Assembly (NCBI GenBank): GCA_043228905.1
Contig: JBHGNT010000007.1
Span: 2,728,001-2,792,000 of the forward strand
DNA: 64,000 nucleotides
DNA from: Azolla caroliniana
Taxonomy: Eukaryota; Plantae; Polypodiophyta
Direction: 5' to 3'
The translations under genes and the position numbers were made by a program. Of this stretch, positions 46,601 to 57,239 are shown one piece after another. Positions within the stretch are counted from its first letter, which is position 1, and each line of letters opens with the position of its first letter. Below the pieces are notes generated by a model. The model saw only the letters and a list, made by a program, of their open reading frames with translations, did not search any database and was not told where the DNA came from.

Positions 46601-47723
46601 ATCCATATCATCAGTTGACTTTATATACTAAGTATTCATGATATGCTGTAACACCTATATTACAGTCTACTTTACTTACTAAGCATTAGTGACATTCTGT
46701 CATATGTTGTGACATCCATAGTATCAGTTATTTTCGTTTTATATGCATTTGGCTTTAGTAGCATCCATGTAACGAGTTTGCTTCATTTTTCACACATTTG
46801 AGATATGTTGTAACATTGATATAATTATATGGTTTCGTTTTCTAAGCAGTTGAGTATATCAAGCAAGAAAACATATGTTCTCACATCCATAAATCGAAAA
46901 AAAAGGCTATATCCATTGAATCTATCAAGCAAGTAAATATATTTACCAGTATAATTTATAACTGGGAAGCCTTATAATAGCAAACAATTAGAACATTTCA
47001 CTTTCTAAACATATGTGCTATGTTTTAAAGCCCTTAAAACTAATTATCAAGTTTTTAAGAATTTGTGACATGTTATACCATCCAGATAACCAGTTTTCCA
47101 TCTTTTCTAAGCATGGGTGATGTGCTGTAATATCCATATAATGAATTTGTTTTATTTTCCGTGCAATTGGGATATATTGTAACATCCATACAGTGACGAT
47201 GTTTCATTTCCCAGGAACTTGTGATCTGTTGTACCATCATCAATTTAGTTTCTTTTCTTTTGTAAGCATTTGTGATACATTGTACCATCCATATAACCAA
47301 TTTGTTTCTTTTTTTTTTAAGCATTTGTGCAATGTTGGAACATTCAAAGTTACCTACTTTGTTCCACTTTGTCGCATTCATGATATGTTTTGTAACCTGA
47401 AAGTACAACTAACCTGGAAGTTTTTTAGGATCGGGGTCGCTCTTGTAGTCCACCCACCTTCTCTCCTTAACTGAAATAAGATCTCATTGTATAAAAACGA
47501 AGGTCTTTGAAAATTTAACACAACGAAATGCTCTGTGTATACAGAAAATGGAACTTCTTTGAAGAAAATGGAGTAAAAAGATGACGGGACGATGTTCATA
47601 AACACGTGTACCTGCACCGTCGACATTAATAGACTGTCGATAGAATACATTTCCTGTATTGTCTCTACCTGCTAGCTCCTTGGAACGAACCATAGCCCAC
47701 AACCTCGCAATGAGCCCAGCCAT
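43674..47723 (-). CDS. NDUFAF2: NDUFA12-family complex I assembly factor (NDUFAF2/B17.2L-like), 9 exons, ~193 aa
   Basis: Exons 47723-47612, 47470-47414, 46593-46541, 46456-46405, 45699-45634, 45406-45332, 45252-45192, 43877-43830, 43731-43674 (582 nt). Motifs GRDNTGNVFY, ERRWV, PVEWYSWL..R.EAPT.EEI, C-terminal W.PP. The 3' exons are less certain. Confidence 0.8.
46594..47410. repeat. Degenerate ~52-bp minisatellite filling NDUFAF2 intron 2
   Basis: About 11-12 units starting YTGTAACATCCATA, e.g. 46594, 46646, 46707, 46808, 47125, 47178, 47229, 47280. Confidence 0.75.
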
Positions 47724-48149
47724 TTGCTTCTCAATAACTCATCTTCTTCGTCAGCCGCATCAGAGGAAGAAACCCTAATTCAGAATCCTCTGTTTTCATG
47801 GCTCTGTGTGTGGTTTATATATTTCCTCTATGGGATACCCCTGGTATTTTCTATATTTCCCTAAATGCCCCTTCCCTATTCTTCTTTATATTGTCCTACT
47901 AAACTAACGTCTCTGGTTTGGTCTTATAGGCCATTTTGGCCTCTTAAAATATATCTCTCTTCTTTTTATTGGTGTAAACACACAATTATATTAATAAAAG
48001 TGTCTGAAAAACTATATTACACAATGGGTGTCGCAATGGAAGTATGGTCAACCAATATAGATCTCTCTCTCCTTACAACTTACCCTAGTGGTTACACTAC
48101 TATCATTATGTCTTGGGTTCGAAACCCAGTTTTCTCACCTCTCTATTAC

Positions 48150-48500
48150 TCCGTACATATCTCTTCGTTTACTAGATATCTCTCTCACACACACCAACTT
48201 GAGATTGAGAATGGTTGTGCTAATAGAGTCCCCATAGATGAGGAAAGGATATGTAGATTATGTCTCATAGAGATAGAAGATGAATATCACTTTACATGCA
48301 AGGGTCCAACTTATGTCGAAAAAAGGGGAAAATACCAAGACATACTAGGACTAGCTCCCAACTATTAGATTCCCCAAATATAAAGACACTAGGTAAGGTA
48401 TATCTTAAAGCTAAAACAACATAGAGATAATAAGCTACAAAATGTTAATCGTAACTTTAGAATGGTAGTTTTCATGTCAAAAAGTCTTTGGGTAACATAC
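48150..48500 (+). mobile_element. Non-LTR retrotransposon (LINE) 3' fragment
   Basis: HQLEIENG...ERICRLC..EIEDEYHF..C-like C-terminal zinc-finger segment of LINE ORF2; element D inserted directly after it. Confidence 0.6.
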
Positions 48501-51500
48501 TGTAAAGAATCAAGAGATGGATTCTGTGCAGCGGAATAAATATGAACTCTGTGTGTGTGTGTATGAGAGAGAGAGAGAGAGAGACATACACACACACACA
48601 CACACACAGAGAATACGCAAGGTAAAGTGTAGTAACAAAGGAGAAAGACACAACACTATACAAGGTGGGAGGTGGGTGCTTTATATAGTCACCCTCTCTC
48701 TTCATTAACTACAAGACTCATGGAGCATGGGGAATGTGAAAGCTCATAAGTTATGTGTTATAGAATATGATTCTATGACTCATACTAAATGCTAGAATAT
48801 AAAGTGATGACTTAACAGTGACTCTTGACCGTTGGAGTGTCTATTCACTCTCAAGGTGAGTTCACACACTAGACCAAGTTGAGCTTGATTCTCAACACGC
48901 CCCCTCAAGCTCAAGTCGGGTCGATTTCAGATGGTATCTGAAATCCACTTCGACTCGCGTTCCGGAGTCCACGTCGACTCGCATTTATGCGGAGTTGCGG
49001 AATTCGTGCTCCAGCTTGCGTTGTGCGTAGTTGCGAAGGTTGTGCTTCGGCTTGCGTGTTTCTTTGCGGCTTTGCACGGTAGATCGACTCTTCGCGGCTT
49101 CGTTGCGTGGCTGCATAATCCACATGTTATTGCGTAATGTGCGTGGTTTGCGGAATCCACGCATTATTGCATAATATCTTCGGTACTCCCCCTCAAGCTT
49201 GGCAAGTCAGGGATCGTCAATCCGAGATCGGTCATGAATTGCCACAACTTGTCAGCTCCTAAGGCTTTAGTGAAGATGTCGGTCGTTTGAAGATTTGTGC
49301 TAATGTGTTGTAGGTCAACATCGCCAGCTAGAATGCGCTCTCGGATGAAGTGATAGTGCACTTCGATGTGCTTTGTCCGCGCGTGGAACACCGGGTTCCG
49401 AGCTAGATAGATATTGTTCATGTTGTCGTAGTAAAGGGAGGTCGGATCCTTGATGGGCATGCCCATATCCTTCAAAATCCTCTTGAGCCATACGGCTTCA
49501 CACGCAGCTACGGTTGCACCCCTGTATTCCGCCTCCGTACTCGAAAGAGCGATGGTCGGCTGCTTTTTGCTACTCCAATATATTTATCCGCTGCCGAGGG
49601 AGAAAACAAATCCGAAGGTTGACCTTCTATCGTCTTTGTAGCCGGCCCAATCGGTGTCTGTGTACCCCTCAAGTCGTATTGGCATCACGGTCTTGTAGAG
49701 GATGCCGCAATCCATTGTGCCGCTCACGTATCATAGAACTCGCTTAACGCAATCCAAGTGAGTATCACGCGGTGTTTGCATGAATTGGCTAAGGAGACCG
49801 ACCGGATAACTCAGATCGGGTCGAGTGATCGTGAGGTAGATGAGACTCTCGATGAGTTGCCGATACTGAGTCGGCTCACACGCTTTGGTGCCGGAGTTCA
49901 CATCCAGTTTGAGATTGCGATCGAGCGGGGTTGCCATGGATTTGCACTCAGCCATATCGAACTTGTATAACAAGTTGAGGATGTAGTGTCGTTGAGAGAT
50001 CAGGATTCCGGCCAGAGTCCGAATTACCTCCATGCCGAGGAAGTAGTGGAGCTCCTTCATGTCCGTCATCTCGAACTTGTCAAAAAGGAGGGATTTGACC
50101 TTATTGATTTCGACGAGATGCTCACCTCTAATGACTAGGTCATCCACATATAAGATAATGACGATCAGACTTGCAGAATTGCTTCGTATGTAAAGGGAGT
50201 TGTCCGATTTTGACATACGGAAGCCAATTTGATGAAGATATTGTGTTATCTTCGAATGCCAAGCATGCGGTGCTTGCTTGAGGCCGTAGAGAGGCTTCTT
50301 GAGTCGGCATACAGCTTTCGAATGGGTGCTCGAGTTGAAGTCGGGTGGTTGGATCATGTACACCTCCTCTTCTAATTCACCTTGTAGAAAGGCGTTCTTG
50401 ACGTCCATTTGATGGAGGTGCCACCCTTTCACCGTGGCAAGCGCAATTACAGTTCGTACTATCGTCATCTTTGCCACCGGGGCAAAGGTCTCTTCGTAGT
50501 CAACTCCGTGCGTTTGTGCGTGGCCTTTCGCTACGAGTCGTGCTTTGTAGCGGTTGACAGAACTGTCAGTGTTGTACTTCACTTTTTGTAAATCCGTTTG
50601 CATCCGATCGCCTTTTTGTGTGGTGAGGTGGGAACGAGATCCCACGTCTCTTTCTTCCGTAGTGCCTGCATCTCCTCCTTCATTGCTTCGATCCATCGTG
50701 GGTCCTTCACAGCTTCGGAAAAGGTTTCCGGCTCCCGTACTATCGCTACCTTCATCATAAAGGCATAATGGTACACCATATAATCGTTGTAGCCGAGGTC
50801 GTGATGTGTTTTGATCACTCAAAGGATCTTGTGGTCCGCTCAGTTGGGTCGTGATCAAACTTTCTTCAAACATGCGCATAAGGCGATCTTCATCCTCTAT
50901 CTCTTGTTCAGCGGAGTCCGGGTCGAACGGAGTCGGAGTCGGAGTTGTCTCTGGTGCGTACCAGGATGCAGACTCATCAAACATAACGTCTCGACTTACT
51001 CGAGATTTTCGAGTTGAGGGGTTGTAGCACTTGTAACCCTTTTGCTCCAGTGAGTATCCTACGAGGATACATTTCTCCGACTTCGGGTCAAGCTTTTGAC
51101 GCTTCTCGTCGGGCATGTGCACGTACGCTATCGCGCCGAATATCCGTATGTGCAATAAGTCCAGCTTCCTTCCGAAGTATTTTTCGTGCGGAGTGACCTC
51201 GTGCATGCCGGATGTTGTGCACTGGTTCATTAGGTAGACGGTCGTATTTGTAGCTTCGGCCCAATATGACTTGGGCATATGCTTCTCATTCATCATTGCC
51301 CGCACTACCTCGAGGATGTGCCGATTTTTGCGCTCGTCTACACCGTTTTGTTGCGGAGTGTGTCGGCAAGTGAATTCTCGCTGCATTCCTTCCTTTCGGA
51401 GATACATCATGAAATCGTCTGAGAAGTACTCCTTGCCGCCATCCGATCGAAGACAACGTACATGTCGGCCCGTGGCTTTCTCGACTTCATTCTTGAATGT

Positions 51501-53962
51501 TTGGAAGTGTCTGAACACTTCGCGCTTTTGCCGCATCGAGTAGATCCAAGTGTGCCTAGAGAAGTCGTCGATGAATAGCACGTAATATCGTCATCCGCCG
51601 AATGTAGCCGTTTGCGTTGGTCCCCATACGTCGGAATGGACTACGTCGAGTAGACCTTTGCTCACGTTCCGCTCGTTCAAGAATGGGTGTCGGTGTTGCT
51701 TGCCGAATTGGCACGTTTCGCATACACCTTCAATCTCCTTCTCTTTGAATGTCGGGAGTCCGATGACGACTCCTTTCAATTTCATTACTTTGAGTTTGTT
51801 GAGATTGATGTGGCCGATTCGCTTATGCCATAGCTCTATGTCAGAGTCGGCTTTTGTGCTTTTCGCGAACATGGTGGATTTCATCTCGTGGGAATTGAGA
51901 ATGAACATCCAGCCCTCTCTTCTTCCGCGTGCGATGAATCGGCCCTCTTTTTCGATGAAGCAACTGCCTTGATTAAATCGAACTTGCATCCCTTGCTCTA
52001 CAATTTGGCCGACGGAGACCAAATTCTTCGTAATGGTCAGTACAGGCAAGACATTTTTGATGTAATTTTGCTTACCTTCTTTTCCGAACGGAACATTGCC
52101 GATGTGCTGAATCGGGTGCGTAGTGTCGTCTCCGGTTTCGACATAGCCGGGTCGGTCCGGCTCTCGAAGTTCTCAGAACCATTCTTGATGCGATGTCATA
52201 TGGTTCGAGGCACCGGAATCGACTAACCATACGTCTTCCAGACTGGAGGCACTAGTTGAGGTAACGACGGAATGTTTCATCATGAACATTCCGCCACGGT
52301 CGGAGTAGTGTGCATACATTCCGCCACGGTCGGAGTAGTGTGCATACATTCCGCCACGATCTTCGTAGTCGAAGTTGTGCCCGTACATTCCGCTATACTC
52401 TTCGTAGTCGGAATTGTGCGCGTAATTCGTGAGTTGTCGGCTTGTTGGCTTGTGGAGGCCAATTCGCGCATATTCTTTCAGCACTCTTCTTCGTGGTGGC
52501 CGAGCTTTCCGCAATATCCGCATTCGATTGCGTTTTGACCACTCGGGCCGGAGTGGAAGCTCCCCCTTCTTGCGAAGGTTCCTCATTGGCTTCCTTTTTG
52601 CGGCCGAAATTGGGAGTTGTTATCGTAGGTCGGACCTCGTCCGCCTTGTCCTTGGCCGAATCTGCCTCTTGACCATCTGCGTCCTCTTCCTCCGTTCGAG
52701 TGTGTGTAGAGCATGTGGCCTTCTTACTCATTGCTCCTTGTACGCACAGGGTTTTCTTCGACCAATAGCATTGATTAGAGCTCGAAGAAGGAGGGATATT
52801 TCTCCCGTGCTAGAATGGCGGTTCGCATCGCACCGAACCGTGGTGCGAGGCCGCCGAGGCATATTTGAACCATCTCATCATCATCAATGTTTACACTTAT
52901 TGAGCCGAGCGAATCGCAATCTCCTTGATCTTCGAGGTGTATGTCGTAATGGACATGTCCCTTTGTTGAATGTTGTTCAACTCTTGGCAGAGTTGAAGCC
53001 TTCTTGCGGTTGTGTTCGCCGCGAAAATCTTTCGTAGATTTTCCCATGCCTCCTTCGGCGTCTTGGCTTCGCGAATGTAGCCGAGCATGTGATCGTCAAC
53101 ACATGTCGCCAAGCAATACATCACGCGGTTTGCGGCTTGCTCCCATGTCGCGTATCCGGGAGCCGCTTCGTCGGGTCGGTCTTCATGCGCTCCTTTGATG
53201 TAGCTCCAATAGCCTTGTCCGACAAGGTATTGGTGCATCTTGTACTCCCAAGATGCGAAGTTGTTTCGATCCAACTTCTTGGTAGGGAGAGCGCTCCCTA
53301 TTTGATTATTCATTATGTCGATTCTTCTTCTTCTTCTTCTCTCTTCGAATGCAAGCTATGTAGCGAAACTATGATAACGATGGGTCGGTTCTTGGTCGTC
53401 GGCGTGGAGCACAACACATGATCACGATGAGGCAAATGGGCTAGATCGAGCTACCAAATCGCTCTGATACCATGTAAAGAATCAAGAGATGGATTCTGTG
53501 TAGTGGAATAGATATGAACTGTGTGTTTGTGTATGAGAGAGAGACAAAGACAAAGAATACGCAAGGTAAAGTGTATTAACAAAGGAGAAAGACACAACAC
53601 TATACAAGGTGGGAGGTGGGTGCTTTATATAGTCACCATCTCTCTTCATTAACTACAAGACTCATGGAGCATGGGGAATACGCAAGGTGAAGTGTATTAA
53701 CAAAGGAGAAAGACACAACACTATACAAGGTGGGAGGTGGGTGCTTTATATAGTCACCCTCTCTCTTCATTAACTACAAGACTCATGGAGCATGGGGAAT
53801 GTGAAAGCTCATAAGTTATGTGTTATAGAATATGATTCTATGACTCATACTAAATGTTAGAATACAAAGTGGTGACTTAATGGTGTCTCTTGACCGTTGG
53901 AGTGTCTATTCACTCTCAAGGTGAGTTCACACACTAGACCAAGTTGAGCTTGATTCTCAACA
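48501..53962 (-). mobile_element. Ty1/copia element D, full length, decayed; related to element A
   Basis: LTRs 48501-48897 and 53473-53962. PBS TGGTATCAGAGC at 53461-53472 (-). PPT GAGGGGGCG next to 48898. gag (KLDRNNFASWEYKMHQYL), PR VDSGAS, IN, RT YVDD and RNase H in several frames. Flanks CATAC / TGTAC. Confidence 0.93.
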
Positions 53963-56596
53963 TGTACAAAAGGCAAATTTTGGTTACATAACAACAACAA
54001 CATATAAGGTGATGGGTATTATGAGACCATAAATTGGCTAGCTTAAAACTTGGATTTGACAATTATATTATTAGTAGTGTATCGCTTTTCTCTAGTAGGG
54101 TCATTGCATTCACCACGTGGGCTACGAACTTAGTGTCACCTTGTGGTTGAGTACACACTCACACAGTACACTGGATCGATCAAGGTTCACATTGTCATAA
54201 TGTGTCTACCCTCCACAAGCACTTGTGGTTGATCATACCCCGAGTAAAGACCTCAAAGTAGATCAACCCCCCTTGCAAAAGTTACCAAGGACAACACATT
54301 CAATATTAATTAAGAAGGGCATGGTTCGAATTCGTCTAGCTAATCAAACAAAATAGGGGATTTCAAATTCACTATGGTTAGGTTGTCTTGAAGTGGAAAG
54401 GATCGTTTCAAAGTTTAAACTGGTCAATTCAATAACTTTATGTTATCGAACTTTTATGATTTAAGAAAAGCATAGGAATGGTGATGTTATGGAATTTCTT
54501 CCTTCGTTACTGAGTTTCATGTTGCATTTCAATATGATTTTCCTTCACAATTCTAGTATGAGTTCACATGGAAAATTATTTCCAACATTGGAATTTGACA
54601 CATCATCATATGAATAATGAAAACTATAGCTTTGCCCTTGAGGTAACCCATATAATCTACCAAATCAACAATGAGTATAATAATGATGCTTTACAATTTT
54701 CCGATGGCTTGGAAATAGGTTCTTGGTCAATACATAATTACAATTACACAAAAACAACTAACATTGCATAAAAGTCTTAGACAATGAAAGTTGAAAGGAT
54801 AGTTTTTGGAAATATTCAAAAGTGGGTTACGTCAATGATATCAAATGAGAGATGAAAAAATGCATAACGATTGACATTGCATTTCATGGTGCAATCCTAA
54901 GGTTTTCACTATTTGTAACTATGTGAAATTTCAAAGTTGTAAAGTCATTATTTAAGAAGAGATTCTCAACGTGCATGCTAAGATAACAAAAACAATCATC
55001 TCCCTTTCCCACGACTTGGACCACACCTTACACTGCAAAGTGCAAGATTTATTAGTTTACATTTATACATTTGAGATTCATACATTTAATATTATAAGGT
55101 AGGCTCTAAAGAATCATTTGCGAGGAGCTCTAAAGTCTCTTTACAAATTTCATGTGGTTTACATTGTGCTTACTCGTAATATCTTAGTCTCTCGTGTATT
55201 GATCATCAACTACGTCATAGTTGCATGGACCAATGACAATATCATCTATACATCCATAGGCCAACCAACAAACCAAACAATCATATCCTCATTCAATTAG
55301 TCACTTGATGCAACATATTCACTTGAAATGACATTTCGTAGCTAACTAGGAAGCAAGCAACACTCAATGCTCGGATGACTACAAGAAAAGGAGAGGCATT
55401 GAGACAACAAAGACGTGAAAGCATTATAAACACTTAAATTGGTTGTATAATGTCAAGAATGAAAGGTTCATTCCTTATTATAAGCTGAAAATGGTTTGGT
55501 CCTAATACCACGTCATTTGCTATTGTTTATTTGGAAGATTCTCATAATGTGATCGATATGGTTGCACATACTATGTAACAATAATCTACCATAACAATGA
55601 ATAAATGGAATTTTCATCAACTTGAATATATTGTCAACTTCAAATGTGCTCATTGGTCCCTACACAGTTTGGGTGGTGCATAGACAATGTGATGCATTAA
55701 AGTGTTATAAAATGGTAAGGTTGAAAGATGTGTAATCATAAAAAAATAATATCATTGAAGGTTTATATTCGAAACATGAGAAATCATATGGGCGGAGAGA
55801 AAAATTTACATTATTAGATTTCTACAATGATCACAAACTATAGCAATGTTGCATTGGCTTATGATGCTAACCACGTGTTACCTCGAATGCATAATCGTGA
55901 ACCATTCGATGCTCAAAAGTGTGATGCATAGAATCACCAAAGCTTTTATATTTGGTTCTTATAATCCCCAAGGCTCTTCATGCTTGTAGTGTGTAGGAAA
56001 CATATAGTTCTCACAAGAACATGATATTTTATGAGTGGTAGACGATGGAGATGGGACATGCACCTAATCTAAATTGTTTCTAGGAAGGAAAGTCTGGTAG
56101 AAAACACAATCCATAGTATGTGCCCCTTCATTGTAAGAACAAACAGGTGAACACGCATCACATATCCACTTCATATCGAGATGGAATTGAAGTATTGGTG
56201 CCTAGGGAATGTTGGGGCTTGGACACATGTTTCTATATAAGAATAAGTTTGTCTAGTTTGTATCGAATTGTGGCATCTATTCTTGACATGAATTAGATGG
56301 TGCATGGTGAATGGGGTGGATGTTCTCTGAAGGCGACGGGCAAGAGGTGACAATGCAACATGCCTAGGGCATCGCCGCCACTAGGTAATGTCTAGCATCT
56401 CGTTTAGTGATAGGAATTGAGGTGGTCAATGATGGGGAACTTATGGGAAGGGGGCATCATACATATAGAATATCGTCACGCGTGTGGGGGAGGTGTGGAC
56501 GGACATTGTGTGTCCGTATGTATTTGTGTGCTTGCTAAGGACTGACTACAACCGGGAGTGGGGCGATGGTAGACAAGCAACCCCCCCTGAGGTTTA

Positions 56597-56880
56597 GGGG
56601 TGCGTTTGCATGAACACGGACACCAGACACAAACATATACACAAACAACGGGACATCAAACACCGAACACTGAACACTAGACACCAAACACCAAACACCA
56701 GACATCGGACACAGACACCATCAGGACATTGGGACATCAGACACGTGACACCATACACCAGACACCAGACACAAGACACTGAACAACATAGGACACTAGA
56801 CATCAGGACATCAGACACAGGACACTGAACACCAGACACTAGACATGAACACCGGACATTGGACACGCGGACATGATGTG
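56597..56880. repeat. Degenerate 7-bp-period (AGACACC-like) array, possibly MITE interior
   Basis: Many GACACC/GACATC/AACACC units, preceded by TTA-GGGGTGCGTTTG (Harbinger/Tourist-like end). The other terminus is not convincing. Confidence 0.5.
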
Positions 56881-57239
56881 CACGTGATGATATATGTATG
56901 TGTTGGTATCGAAAGGTCTTTTGCCGATTTCTTCACACAAAATTCAAGCATATTCATTAAGGTGTGCTTTGAAGGCACGCCACGTGGAGGCCGAGGGCCC
57001 CACCATATCCACAAAAAAACATTCCCCTGTCACCATCAATCCATCTGCAGAGTAGTCTGAGACAGACAGAGCCATCGCCCGAATAATTTGTCGCCGAAGG
57101 AAGCCGCCAGGAAAAAAAGAAAAAAACGATTCCTTGTTTGGCCTTGCCCCTCCATTCCAATCTCCATCTCGATGAGGGAGCTGCTATTCCTCTTTTCGCT
57201 TGTCAGGCGATTCGATCTGTGCTTGGTCGTATCTTGATT

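Noticed and set aside
54000-56500. Possible ancient DNA-transposon remnants (also 11200-13200, 36200-37400, 60450-63000, e.g. YAHCMNH near 62592)
   Set aside because: Only isolated motif-like fragments, with no ORF, TIR or TSD that can be delimited by eye.
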